A DNA stretch of 64,000 bases from Pirellulales bacterium. Lineage in GTDB: Bacteria; Planctomycetota; Planctomycetia; Pirellulales; PALSA-1355. Under the pieces are notes generated by a model. That model was not told the origin of the DNA and searched no databases. It saw only the letters and a list, made by a program, of their open reading frames with translations. The first letter of the stretch is position 1. Each line of letters starts with the position of its first letter. Shown here piece by piece: positions 52,207 to 62,707 of this stretch. Location of the stretch: NCBI GenBank assembly GCA_963733035.1, contig CAVTBU010000009.1, forward strand, positions 1 to 64,000. The letters run 5' to 3'. The position numbers and the translations under genes are program-made.

Positions 52207-53679
52207 ATGCGCAACCACCATTCTCGCCGCAATTTCTGTCAACGCACGCGGCGCGAATTCCTTTGGCAGACCGGTGCCGGTTTCACCGGTACGGCGCTAG
52301 CGGCGCTGTTGGGCGACGACGGGTTCCTGACCAGACAGTCGGTGGCCGCCGACGGCACCTCAGCGTGGACCAATCCGCTGGCTGCCCGCGAACCCCAGGT
52401 GTCGGCGAAGGCCAAAAGCGTGATCTTTCTGTATATGTACGGAGGGCCGAGCCACATCGACACGTTCGACTATAAGCCAGCCATGAAAGGCATGGACAAT
52501 AAGACAGTCGAAGTGAAAACATTCGGCCGCGGTGGACACAAGAATCAGGGGCGTATCGTCGAGACTCGTTGGGAATTTGCCCAGCACGGTCAGTGCGGCA
52601 AGTGGGTTTCGACATTATTCCCCCACTTGGCCACCTGCGTCGACGACATTGCCTTCATTCACTCGATGACTGCCGACTCGCCCATCCACGGCTCGGCGAT
52701 GTTGATGATGAATTCAGGCAAGATCCTTAGCGGCAGCCCGTGTCTCGGCTCATGGGTCAACTACGGACTGGGCACGCCGAACGAGAATCTGCCCGGGTTT
52801 GTCGTCATGCTCGATCCGCGGGGCGGGCCGATCAGCGGGGCCAAGAATTGGAGTAGCGGTTACATGCCCGCTACCTACCAAGCGACGGTCATGCGATCTC
52901 AAGGAGTGCCAATTTTGGACTTGAATTCCCCGCCGGGGGTTAGCCGCTCGATACAGCGGGAAACGCTCGACACGATCCGCAATTACAATGAAGAGCACCG
53001 ACAGGCCCGAACCGACAACTCCGATTTGGCCGCCCGCATTGCCAGCTACGAACTGGCATTCAAAATGCAAGCCGCCGCGCCCGAAGCGGTCGACCTGGGC
53101 CAGGAGGACGCAAGAACGCTTGCACTCTATGGAGTGGATGAAAAGAAAACGGAGGTTTTTGGCCGACAGTGCCTGCTGGCGCGGCGACTGGTCGAACGCG
53201 GCGTCCGATTCGTACAGTTGTACTCGGGCGGAAATCACAACGACGCCAATTGGGACGCCCATGGCGATTTACAAGCGAATCATGACCTGCACGCTGGTGA
53301 AACCGATAAGCCGATCGCTGGCTTGCTCAAAGACTTGAAGCAACGTGGGATGTTAGACGAAACGCTGATCGTGTGGGGCGGCGAGTTCGGCCGACAGCCT
53401 ACAGCCGAATATGAAAAAGGGACCGGACGCGACCACAATGCCTACGGTTTTACAATGTGGATGGCCGGGGGCGGCATCAAGGGGGGCGTCAGCTTTGGAA
53501 GTACCGATGAGCTGGGCAGTGCCGCCATCGAAAACCGGTTGCACGTAAAACAACTACATGCCACGGTCTTGAAGCAACTTGGGCTTGATCCGAATCGCCT
53601 GACGTACTTCTACAACGGGCTTGATCAAAAACTCGTAGGCGTCGAAGGGGCCGAGCCGATCACCGAGATCTCAGCGTAG
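52207..53679 (+). CDS. DUF1501 family protein, copy 2
   Basis: TRREFL leader, KAKSVIFLYMYGGPSHIDTFDYKP, WDAH, GEFGRQP, GRDHN. Confidence 0.93.
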   Translation: MRNHHSRRNFCQRTRREFLWQTGAGFTGTALAALLGDDGFLTRQSVAADGTSAWTNPLAAREPQVSAKAKSVIFLYMYGGPSHIDTFDYKPAMKGMDNKTVEVKTFGRGGHKNQGRIVETRWEFAQHGQCGKWVSTLFPHLATCVDDIAFIHSMTADSPIHGSAMLMMNSGKILSGSPCLGSWVNYGLGTPNENLPGFVVMLDPRGGPISGAKNWSSGYMPATYQATVMRSQGVPILDLNSPPGVSRSIQRETLDTIRNYNEEHRQARTDNSDLAARIASYELAFKMQAAAPEAVDLGQEDARTLALYGVDEKKTEVFGRQCLLARRLVERGVRFVQLYSGGNHNDANWDAHGDLQANHDLHAGETDKPIAGLLKDLKQRGMLDETLIVWGGEFGRQPTAEYEKGTGRDHNAYGFTMWMAGGGIKGGVSFGSTDELGSAAIENRLHVKQLHATVLKQLGLDPNRLTYFYNGLDQKLVGVEGAEPITEISA

Positions 53680-53797
53680 ACAAAGTTGTTTAATCGTGTG
53701 CGGTTCCAACGGTGAAACGCCATCCGACGTATGCGTTGATCGCCATGGCTGCAGTCTTTCCGTCCTCGATGGAATCGTCGATGAGCTGTAGCACCGC

Positions 53798-54805
53798 TCA
53801 TGTCCGTACGTCGACGGACTTGCCCGAAGTGATCGACTCGACGGCCGTCGCGGCGAGCTGGAGACTGGCAAGGCCGTCCTGGCCGGTCACCGGTGATTGT
53901 CGACCGACGGCTACGTTTTCGACAAAAGCTCGGACGTGTGCCATAATTGAATCGGTAATCGCATTTTCTCCTGCGACGCTCGGCTCGGTCGAGATGCAAC
54001 ACTCTGGCTCGTTGCCGCTGAGTGTGACGCAGCGCGAGGCGTCTTCGACAATGATCGTGCCCTTGGTACCATGTAGTGTCAGCCATTCGGCAGTTCGCGA
54101 TTGATGGTCGCGATAGGCCGCTACGATTGTGCCACACGCTCCTGACTTCATCTCAAGCGACAAAGTGACGCGGCGTAATAGCCCGTGACCAATCTCATCG
54201 GCGTGCGCGTGCATGCGCCACAATTCTCCGCCGTACCATCGCGCAAGGTCTAAATGGTGCGTCAGAAGCGTGCCAAATATTACGTACGGTTCACGAGCCA
54301 CCTTGGGCGGCGGCGTGCGATCTGTGACGCGGAACAAGAAGTATTCGAGTTCGCCGATTTGTCGCTCACGTAGCATCTCGTGCGCGCTGCGGTAACCATC
54401 TGCGAAACGGCGGTTGTAATCCACCGCCAGAAATACACCCCGCCGGGTGGCGGCGGCAAGCATTTGTTCCGCATCACTCACGCTTGTGGCCAGTGGCTTT
54501 TCGCAGAACACGTGGCAATCCGCCTCAATGGCTGCGCACACAGGCTGAAGATGCAAATGGTCGGGCGTAGCGACCGTCACTGCGTTGGGGCGTAAATCGG
54601 CCAACAGGTCGTCTATCGTGTGGTAGGCTGGCACGTCGAAACGCTGGCGTGCTTTGTCCCGCCTCGCGGCGTCCACTTCGCAAATGCCGATCAGCTCGGC
54701 GGCGGGCGAATCAACGATCGCCTGAGCGTGCAGCGCTCCGACGGGGCCACAGCCTACGACAGCGATTTGCAAGCGCGCACATCGTTCGAGCGGTAGCGTG
54801 GTCAT
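53798..54805 (-). CDS. Gfo/Idh/MocA oxidoreductase
   Basis: VGCG.VG, VATPDHLH, CEKPLA, NRRF. Confidence 0.92.
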   Translation of the reverse strand: MTTLPLERCARLQIAVVGCGPVGALHAQAIVDSPAAELIGICEVDAARRDKARQRFDVPAYHTIDDLLADLRPNAVTVATPDHLHLQPVCAAIEADCHVFCEKPLATSVSDAEQMLAAATRRGVFLAVDYNRRFADGYRSAHEMLRERQIGELEYFLFRVTDRTPPPKVAREPYVIFGTLLTHHLDLARWYGGELWRMHAHADEIGHGLLRRVTLSLEMKSGACGTIVAAYRDHQSRTAEWLTLHGTKGTIIVEDASRCVTLSGNEPECCISTEPSVAGENAITDSIMAHVRAFVENVAVGRQSPVTGQDGLASLQLAATAVESITSGKSVDVRT

Positions 54806-54808
54806 TGT

Positions 54809-55570
54809 TCACGCTTCAGGATGCTTTGCCGGGGCTCGCGTCCGCAAGTCGGCCAACAAGCTGGTGCCGGCGCTCACGAACAGATCGGCTTCAGATTTAA
54901 AAGTGATGCAGTCGAAACCAGCGGCGATCTTGGCTTCGGCATCGTTCATCGAATAGGTGTTACAGCACGCGAGTTTGCCGTGAGAATGACTGGCCGCCAG
55001 CGTGCGGGCGATTGCCGCAAGGTGTTCGGGATCTGCCTCATAGCCGGTGCGCGGCAGTCCCATTGACAGCGCCAGATCCGTCGGGCCGATGAAGCAGCCA
55101 TCCACGCCGGGAACAGCCATGATCTGTTCAACTTGATTGACCGCGTCGATATGTTCAATTTGCACCAACAACAGCGTTTCCTGGTTGGCGCGTTCGTAAT
55201 AGTCGTCGCCATAGTGCCAGGTCACGTCGGATCCAACCGAGCGGCAACCTAATGGTGGGTACTTCGCGGCCTGTGCCATTGCCTGGGCCGCATCAAGACT
55301 ATTGACCATTGGTACGACAACCCCCAGGGCCCCCAGGTCGAGCGCCCGCTGAACTTCGCTGGGTACGTCAACACTCGTTCGCAGCAAGGGCCGCGCACCT
55401 GCGGCATGCAAAGTGTGCATGCATTCGTAGGCTGACTCGGTATTTGGACTTCCGTGTTGCATGTCCAAGATCACCCAGTCCCAACCCATAAGGCCGAGGA
55501 GCCGGGAGATCATCGGCAGCGGAAACTGTTGCCAGATGCCGAGAATCAGAGACTTGGGGTGTCGTGCCAT
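54809..55570 (-). CDS. HpcH/HpaI aldolase family protein, second paralogue
   Basis: LDMQHG, ALDLGALGVVVPMV, YPPLG.RS, QIE, FIGPTDL. Confidence 0.9.
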   Translation of the reverse strand: MARHPKSLILGIWQQFPLPMISRLLGLMGWDWVILDMQHGSPNTESAYECMHTLHAAGARPLLRTSVDVPSEVQRALDLGALGVVVPMVNSLDAAQAMAQAAKYPPLGCRSVGSDVTWHYGDDYYERANQETLLLVQIEHIDAVNQVEQIMAVPGVDGCFIGPTDLALSMGLPRTGYEADPEHLAAIARTLAASHSHGKLACCNTYSMNDAEAKIAAGFDCITFKSEADLFVSAGTSLLADLRTRAPAKHPEA

Positions 55571-55634
55571 AACGATAAGTACCGATTAGCGTCTGCTGCG
55601 AGGAGTTGTTGAGGGGTCGACAAAGGCTTGATCG

Positions 55635-57701
55635 TCAGATCGTTTCCAAAGCGAATACGGCTAGCGTCGCAAGCCTCCCGGCCGTAAAAGTGATGATGCC
55701 ATCACGTTCTTGGCATTTGATTTCCTGAAGGTCCGGCAGTCTGACCACTCGGCGCAAGGCTTCGCGACGCGGCCGCACGCGGATTGTGATCCCGTCGACC
55801 GGTATGTTCGGCAGCACCTGCTGGAAGTTCACTAGACTCAAAAGGTAGCGATGCCGATCGGGCTGATGGAACACCGTCATTTCGACAGACGCCGGTGCGA
55901 CGGCTTCGAAACGGAACTCGCTGGCAAGCATCCGCACCAAAGCGATGAAAGTGTCGCGCATTCCATCGACGTTCTCTAACAGGCTGCTCGCGTAAATGCT
56001 TCGTCCCTGGCCAACACGATTCAGCACGATTTCCGGTCGGTCTGTCGACTGCCAGGGGGGATTGCTGTGGATCGACGAGAACTTTGTCTTATCGGGTGCC
56101 GGCCAGGGAAGCGTCGTGGTGGCCAGAACGACGGCACCCATGCGGGCTTTTACTTCCATCCCCATTCCCTCAACAAAAGGCGGATACTTGGCAGACAACT
56201 CGCCGAAGAATTCCGCGCCCTCGCTGGTTGGCGTAACGTAATGTTGCCAGGAGGTCCAATCAGGTTTGACGATGCTGGCACCCAGCACGTCGGCGAGCAT
56301 AAAATCCTCTTGCAGATGCCCCTCCGTGTCGACCAATGAGGTGCCGCCGGTAGCCAATACGGCGCCGCCTCCCTTGACCCACGTACGAATCGCCGCGACC
56401 TCCTGCTTGTCCATCATGTTGACGTTCGAAAGAATCAGCAGCTTGACATCGTGCAATTTTGCTAGCGATTCACGGGTGATCACACGAAAGGGCAAATGCG
56501 CCGAAATCAGCCGACGGGCAACTTGCATCGAACTTGCAGTATGGGCATCTGTCAGATCAGGCTGGCCGACCGGTCGGCCATTGCTTGCGAAATCGAACTT
56601 CGATTCCAAACTGTAATAGATCGCTACGTCGGCGACACGCTCGCCGCCCAGTTCGCCGTAATACGGCATCAATCGGTCGAAGACGTTTCCCATTCGCTCG
56701 TACACGAGTGGATTGAGCGTGCCGATTGGGTCGATGCCGTCGATGAACACAAACGCCGCGGCGTCGGCAATTGCGGCGCTTGCCTTGGCTTCCAGGAGCG
56801 CCTCGGACTTTTTGCCAGTGTGATCGCGTAGCTCTGTCGAAAAACTCGTCTCGTATCCGAACGGTCGCTTGGGTGTAAGATTCTCGAGGAGCTTCCGCAC
56901 GAAGGACCCCTGCAGCGAATCGCCATAAAAATCGCCCTGCAGGAAATCGTTCTGCGGCACCAGCGGCGCGCCCACACCAAACTGCCAGTTGAGTGGATAT
57001 GTCGACGACTGGTGTTCAACGGTGGCGCACGGCTTGTGCTTGCGTACGGTTGCGGTAGCCACTGCGGCAAACTCCGCCAACCAGGTTTCACGCCGCCTGG
57101 CGAAGGCCACCCAGCGTGGATCGAGCCAGTCGATTTTGCGAGGAATCTCACCGCCGACTTCGTCGGCGAAACGTTGCTGGCAATATTTGCAGAAACAAAG
57201 CGAGGGCCAGAAGGTCATGTCAAACCGCATGCCCTCAAACTCGAAATTGTCGCAAATCTCCGATGCGAACGCACGCACATATTCGCGGTAGGGCGAGTTG
57301 GGACAAACCAGACCGTGTCGACTTCCTTCGCCTTGAAACTTTCCGTTTTCAGTGATCATTCGCCAATCGGAATGGTGGTCGGCGGCCCAGCGGTCGAAGA
57401 TCAGGCTGCTATAGATCACCACGGCGATGTCGTGAGAATGGCAACGATCGATCACCTCGCCCAAGAGGTTCCGGCCGTTCAGCCCTCGATGCTGCTGCCC
57501 GACCTTGGTTGGATAGTTAAACAGCCCGACGTGTGAGTGACCATAGCACACGACGGATTGAGCCCGCGACTTAACTAGCATCTCGACGTACTTGTCCGCG
57601 TCAAATTGGGAAAGAAAATGCTCATCCCAATCTGGAATGTGCATGTCGATCACCGCGCGGCGATAGGCCGTTTCGAACCAGTTTGCGTCGTCAAACAACA
57701 T
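55635..57701 (-). CDS. Putative glycoside hydrolase (GHL6/GH151-like barrel plus trimerisation domain), no signal peptide
   Basis: IDMH, FD.DKY, SH.G..YPTKVG..H..L, CPNSPY, FEG.RFD; C-terminal GATase-like LILSNV..W...GG..LATG. Confidence 0.75.
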   Translation of the reverse strand: MLFDDANWFETAYRRAVIDMHIPDWDEHFLSQFDADKYVEMLVKSRAQSVVCYGHSHVGLFNYPTKVGQQHRGLNGRNLLGEVIDRCHSHDIAVVIYSSLIFDRWAADHHSDWRMITENGKFQGEGSRHGLVCPNSPYREYVRAFASEICDNFEFEGMRFDMTFWPSLCFCKYCQQRFADEVGGEIPRKIDWLDPRWVAFARRRETWLAEFAAVATATVRKHKPCATVEHQSSTYPLNWQFGVGAPLVPQNDFLQGDFYGDSLQGSFVRKLLENLTPKRPFGYETSFSTELRDHTGKKSEALLEAKASAAIADAAAFVFIDGIDPIGTLNPLVYERMGNVFDRLMPYYGELGGERVADVAIYYSLESKFDFASNGRPVGQPDLTDAHTASSMQVARRLISAHLPFRVITRESLAKLHDVKLLILSNVNMMDKQEVAAIRTWVKGGGAVLATGGTSLVDTEGHLQEDFMLADVLGASIVKPDWTSWQHYVTPTSEGAEFFGELSAKYPPFVEGMGMEVKARMGAVVLATTTLPWPAPDKTKFSSIHSNPPWQSTDRPEIVLNRVGQGRSIYASSLLENVDGMRDTFIALVRMLASEFRFEAVAPASVEMTVFHQPDRHRYLLSLVNFQQVLPNIPVDGITIRVRPRREALRRVVRLPDLQEIKCQERDGIITFTAGRLATLAVFALETI

Positions 57702-57951
57702 CAGGTGCCCTTCGAAGCGATGTGCGCTAAGGAGAGTCTAGGCTTCCAGACAGCAAAACAAAAGCCTGCGGCCCGGTCACGGCCACTTCACGGTCATGTC
57801 GACTCTACATTTTTCCGCCGTTTCGGTTGGCGCTCAGAATTCGCTCATGATTTACCCCAACGGCTCGCGGGAAGAGAGCCACGACCGACTGTGCGTACGG
57901 TTTGACCAAAGCAATTCTTTCGTAGATACATTTATCAGAATGTATGGGCAA

Positions 57952-59421
57952 TCATGCGACGATCTCACAAATGACATGACCTTCCACATTTGTCAGGCGG
58001 CGTCGAATACCATTGTGCTCGAAAGTCAGGTCTTCATGGTCGAGGCCAAGCAGGTGCAGAATCGTGGCGTTGAGATCGTAGAGCGGGTGGATGTCCTCGA
58101 CGGCCTTCAGACCAAGCGCGTCTGTAACGCCGTGACTGACGCCAGGTTTAACACCCGCGCCTGTTAACCAACATGTAAAGCCGTCAGGATTGTGGTCGCG
58201 CCCCTGGGCTCCTTTCTGAAACATGGGCATTCGGCCGAATTCGGTGCACCAAACGACGAGAGTGTCTTCGAGAAGGCCTCGCTGCTTTAGGTCCTGAATC
58301 AGCGCGGCTGCGGGCTGATCGAACATCGCGGCATGCTTGTCGTATTGCTCCTTGAGTTTGTTGTGTCCGTCCCAGTTCAGCTCTCCGCCACTGGCGTAGG
58401 CCCCGTTAAAAAGCTGAACGAACCGCACTCCGCGTTCCGTCAGGCGCCGGGCCAGGATGCAATTGCGTGCGAAAGCGGCCTTGGTCGGATTGGACTCGTC
58501 ATCCGCGCCATAAAGTTTGAGAATATGTGCTGGCTCGGTTGAGAGGTCGCTGATTTCAGGAACGCTGAGTTGCATCCGAGCGGCGAGCTCGTAGCTGGCA
58601 ATGCGCGCCGCCAGCTTCTCGTCGCCGTGATGCTGCTCAAGGTGACGCCGGTTCATTCTTTGCAACAGTGCGCGCGTGGCACGGTCGGCGGCGGGTTGGC
58701 GCCTTGGCGGCGCAAGATTGCGCACGGATTCTTTTGAACTGAAAACAGTCCCTTGGAACGCGGCCGGAAGGAATCCGGGACCCCAGTTATTTGAACCGTT
58801 TTGTGGAACTCCCCGGGGATCGGGAATCGCGACGTATGCCGGAAGGTTTTGATTCTCGCTACCTAAGGCGTACGTCAGCCATGCACCGAGGCTGGGAAAT
58901 CCGTCTAGTGCAAATCCGGTGGAAAGGAAGTTCTCGGCAGGACCATGCGTGTTCGATTTGCTGGTCAGTGAATGAATAAAAGCAATGTCGTCCGTCAGTT
59001 CTGCGAGGTGCGGCAGCATGTCGGAGACCATCTTGCCGGTCTCACCACGCGGACGGAATTCGTACTGCGGGCGCGCCAGATTTCCGGCCGGGCCCTGAAA
59101 CGTCACAGAGGGCCCCCCCGGCAGGGGCTGCCCGTCACGTTTGATAAGTTCCGGCTTGTAGTCCCAGGTTTCCAACTGGCTCACGGCTCCGGCGCAAAAG
59201 ATCACCACGACATTCTTGGCCCTTGCCGGCACGTGGGGGGGCCGCGGTGCATACGGATGGGCGAGGTCGATGAAAGGTGGCTGCGCGGCAAGCAGACCAT
59301 CGCCTGATAACAAAGTCGCGATGGCAATCGATCCGAGTCCCATGGCCGCATCGCCGAGGAATTGGCGACGATTCAACCAACTGCGGCCGATGGCGGAAAC
59401 ATTTTCTGCGAGACGATCCAC
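57952..59421 (-). CDS. DUF1501 family protein, copy 3
   Basis: NRRQFL leader, [39 protein letters not shown]. Confidence 0.93.
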   Translation of the reverse strand: MDRLAENVSAIGRSWLNRRQFLGDAAMGLGSIAIATLLSGDGLLAAQPPFIDLAHPYAPRPPHVPARAKNVVVIFCAGAVSQLETWDYKPELIKRDGQPLPGGPSVTFQGPAGNLARPQYEFRPRGETGKMVSDMLPHLAELTDDIAFIHSLTSKSNTHGPAENFLSTGFALDGFPSLGAWLTYALGSENQNLPAYVAIPDPRGVPQNGSNNWGPGFLPAAFQGTVFSSKESVRNLAPPRRQPAADRATRALLQRMNRRHLEQHHGDEKLAARIASYELAARMQLSVPEISDLSTEPAHILKLYGADDESNPTKAAFARNCILARRLTERGVRFVQLFNGAYASGGELNWDGHNKLKEQYDKHAAMFDQPAAALIQDLKQRGLLEDTLVVWCTEFGRMPMFQKGAQGRDHNPDGFTCWLTGAGVKPGVSHGVTDALGLKAVEDIHPLYDLNATILHLLGLDHEDLTFEHNGIRRRLTNVEGHVICEIVA

Positions 59422-59429
59422 GGACTAAC

Positions 59430-62210
59430 TCATGGCAAAAAGAGGAATTCATTGCAGTTAAACAAGGCACGACCGAGGGCTGCCACTCCGTACTTCGCCG
59501 CAACCGCCTCAGCGTCGGCCGCTTCCGCCGAGCTTGGATCGCGCGCGAACGCAAGCCGGTACGCACGACGGACCTGTCTCGCAATATCGTCACCGGCTTC
59601 CGCTTTCACCCGAGTTGCAAAGGCGTCGGCCTGTTCGAAAGTAAAGCGGCTATTGAACAGATTCAGCGCCTGGATCGGTGTGGTCGATTCTCGGCGCCGA
59701 GCCGTGCTTTGGCCGGCATCGGGACAATCAAAGGCGCCAAACACGGCATCCCGTTCACGACGCACTTTGTGCGCGTAGATCATCCGACGCAGCCCATCGC
59801 CAGAAAATGACTCAACCGGCTTGAATCCACTGAGTCCGCCGCGTTTGTCGAACAGATCGTACCCGGGCCCTCCCATTTTCAAACTGAGTCTGCCACTCAC
59901 CACGAGGATCGAGTCGCGAATCGACTCGGCTTCGAGACGTCGCGATGGGAACTTCCACAAGAAGCGGACATCTGCGTCTTTGGCCGCGACAATTTCGCTA
60001 GGTTCCGAAGATTGGCGATACGTGGCTGACAGCACAATTAGGCGGTGCATGCGCTTGACCGAGAAACCTGACCGAATAAACTCCGTTGTCAACCAATCGA
60101 GCAGCTCCGGGTGCGAGGGCGCGGCTCCTGTCCGCCCGAAGTCGCTCGCCGTTTCCACCAACCCGATGCCGAAGTGACCTTGCCAAATGCGGTTTACCAT
60201 CACGCGGGCCGTGAGTGGATTGTGAGGACTCGCAATCCACTCGGAGAGTGTTACGCGCCGTTGCTGGTCCGGCGCATCGACGGGCAACGTTGTTGACCCA
60301 AGTGCCTCGAGCACGGCGGGAGCAACTCTGTCTTTCGGTTGTTCCGGGTCGCCGCGAGCCAGTAGATGAATGTCGTCTGGTGCACGGAAGTTTCCGACAA
60401 ATGCAGTTTGCCCGACTTCACCGCCCAACACCTGCTCGGTCAATGTCCGCTTCTGCGCGAGCAGGCGATATGTGGTCTTTGCATCCTCAGCACTCAGGCC
60501 AGCTGTCGAGAAGGGAATCGGCGCAGTTTCCTCCTGGTCGTACGGCAATCTATCCGACGCATCTGCAACTAGTTTCCACTCGCCAGAGTCATCTGCCACT
60601 TCGATGCGATAGTCGATTGCGAGTCGGTCATCAAATTCCCCATTGCGATCACGTCCCCAGGCCACACGCTCAAGCAATTGCTCCTCGGCGAACTCCAATT
60701 CCACCCATCCCTTGCCTTTCTCGTTAGACATCCAGCTGCGCGCGTTACCGTACTGTCCGTCGTGGATATGATGCAACTCGTGTCGATTGGCTACAACCGT
60801 GTCTCCCGATGATTTGACCGTGGTTCCGGCACTGGATAGCGCGACGTTTTGTCCCGTTGGACCAAACACTTCGAGCTCATCGAGGCACGGCTCCAGACGA
60901 TTCGTGGCGGTTATCGAGAAGCGAAGTCTTTTTGCCTTTACCGGGGCAAAGCGATCTGTATTGAAACGTGCATTGACCGCCACCCGCTCCGCACCAGAAT
61001 GTGCCAAGGGCGCCAAGCGGGCAAGTTGTTGATTGATCTCTCCCAATTTGACTTTGAGGCGTGACATTTCGGCGCGCAGTCGCTCCGCTTCGGGGGTATG
61101 CAGTTCCCGCTCCGCATACTCAACACCGGCCACAAGGGCCTGCATCGAGTAATAGGCCCTCTGTGAAATGGGATCGAACTTGTGGTCGTGACAGCGTGCA
61201 CACCCCACACTCAAGCCAAGAAACGTCTGTGAAATGTTGACCACAATCTCATCCAGCGCATCTTGTCGTGCCAACCGCATCGATGGGGCGTCTTTACCGA
61301 TCTGCCCGGGAAGCAGCACTGATGCCGTGACCAGAAAACCCGTGGCCGCATCTTCTCCGAGCAAATCGCCGACAATCTGCTCTCGAATGAAACTGTCATA
61401 CGGTTTGTCAGTGTTGAACGCCTCGATCACATAGTCTCGATATGGCCACGCGTTCGGACGTTCAGTGTTCACTTCGAAGCCATGTGTGTCGGCATAGCGA
61501 ACGACGTCGAGCCAATGTTGGCCCCAGCGCTCCCCATAGCGAGGCGAGTTGAGCAGGCCATTCAGGACGTGCTCGTAAGCGTCGACTTTCTCGTCCTTGA
61601 CAAAGGCCTCGACTTGCTCCGGCGCGGGCGGCAAGCCAAGGAGATCAAACGACGCGCGTCTCAACCAGGTCGCTCGGTTCGAGGGCGGCGCAGGCTCCAG
61701 ACCCTCTGCCTCGAGTCGGGCGAGGATAAATCGGTCGATGGCATTCCTCGGCCATGCCGGGTTCTTGACGGTCGGCAACGCCGGACTTGTGACGGGCTTG
61801 AACGACCAGTGGTCGCGTTTGTCGACCAGCGATGCCAAGTCGACGCCTTCGGGCCAGTCGGCCCCTTCATCGACCCACTTTGCCAGCGTGGATATCTCGG
61901 CAGCGGTTAAGCGATCGCCCTCCGGTGGCATCCGCAGCTCTGCGTCTTCGTTGCTTACAAATTGAATTAATGGGCTAGCAATCGATTTGCCAACGACGAT
62001 GCTCGGACCAAAGATTTCACCCCCTTTAAATGCCTCGGACTTGATATCCAATCGCAAGCCGCTCTTCTGCTGTTCTCCCGCGTGGCATGGATAGCAATGC
62101 CTCTGTAGGATTGGCCGAATGTCGCGGACGTAGTCGATGGCTGTCGCCGTGCCTCTGCCCGCGGGAACAAAGGCGAGAGCAAAAACAACCGTGACGACTA
62201 ATCGCGTCAT
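59430..62210 (-). CDS. PSD1/planctomycete cytochrome c protein, copy 3, with discoidin-like insertion (start uncertain)
   Basis: CYPCH, YGERWGQHWLD, CARCHDHKFDP, ARVMVNRIWQ, PSHPELLDWL, FNCNEFLFLP*. Confidence 0.92.
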   Translation of the reverse strand: MTRLVVTVVFALAFVPAGRGTATAIDYVRDIRPILQRHCYPCHAGEQQKSGLRLDIKSEAFKGGEIFGPSIVVGKSIASPLIQFVSNEDAELRMPPEGDRLTAAEISTLAKWVDEGADWPEGVDLASLVDKRDHWSFKPVTSPALPTVKNPAWPRNAIDRFILARLEAEGLEPAPPSNRATWLRRASFDLLGLPPAPEQVEAFVKDEKVDAYEHVLNGLLNSPRYGERWGQHWLDVVRYADTHGFEVNTERPNAWPYRDYVIEAFNTDKPYDSFIREQIVGDLLGEDAATGFLVTASVLLPGQIGKDAPSMRLARQDALDEIVVNISQTFLGLSVGCARCHDHKFDPISQRAYYSMQALVAGVEYAERELHTPEAERLRAEMSRLKVKLGEINQQLARLAPLAHSGAERVAVNARFNTDRFAPVKAKRLRFSITATNRLEPCLDELEVFGPTGQNVALSSAGTTVKSSGDTVVANRHELHHIHDGQYGNARSWMSNEKGKGWVELEFAEEQLLERVAWGRDRNGEFDDRLAIDYRIEVADDSGEWKLVADASDRLPYDQEETAPIPFSTAGLSAEDAKTTYRLLAQKRTLTEQVLGGEVGQTAFVGNFRAPDDIHLLARGDPEQPKDRVAPAVLEALGSTTLPVDAPDQQRRVTLSEWIASPHNPLTARVMVNRIWQGHFGIGLVETASDFGRTGAAPSHPELLDWLTTEFIRSGFSVKRMHRLIVLSATYRQSSEPSEIVAAKDADVRFLWKFPSRRLEAESIRDSILVVSGRLSLKMGGPGYDLFDKRGGLSGFKPVESFSGDGLRRMIYAHKVRRERDAVFGAFDCPDAGQSTARRRESTTPIQALNLFNSRFTFEQADAFATRVKAEAGDDIARQVRRAYRLAFARDPSSAEAADAEAVAAKYGVAALGRALFNCNEFLFLP

Positions 62211-62707
62211 CCGCACGGTACCATGCTCCGTATTGTGTTGCCGTTTGACATCGCTTACCTCCGAAGGCGGACAGACTTTCAACGCCCTTTTTCTGATGCT
62301 GGCAATCAATGCGGCGCCTCCCGCAATCAAAAGGCGACCAATCACGACCAATCTGGCGAATCCCGCCGAGGGAGGTGTAAGGACGTCCGAGTTCCCAATC
62401 GACGTGCAAGGCATGGCGAGGATAGGGATAACGACTGGCGGGAAAGATTCTTACTTGCGGTAACCACGATCATACCAGAAATGGCAGGTCACCCCAAACA
62501 GGCAAGCGATTCGCAAGACTCTTGCTCACACTTTGACGAGAAACATCGCTGCACTGAGGTGATGGCCGTTGTGATCGAACCTGAGGCCATTCCGGATCGC
62601 CGTCGAGTCGACGACGCACACTAGGCGTGCGTGATATGTTTGGCAGCGGATTGCCAATTACGCGACATCCCCATGCGACGATTGTCGATCGTGCCTTCCC
62701 CGGCGGA

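Noticed and set aside
55615..57802. Additional single GTCGAC hexamers near gene starts as GntR sites
   Set aside because: Half-sites only; this hexamer is frequent throughout the window
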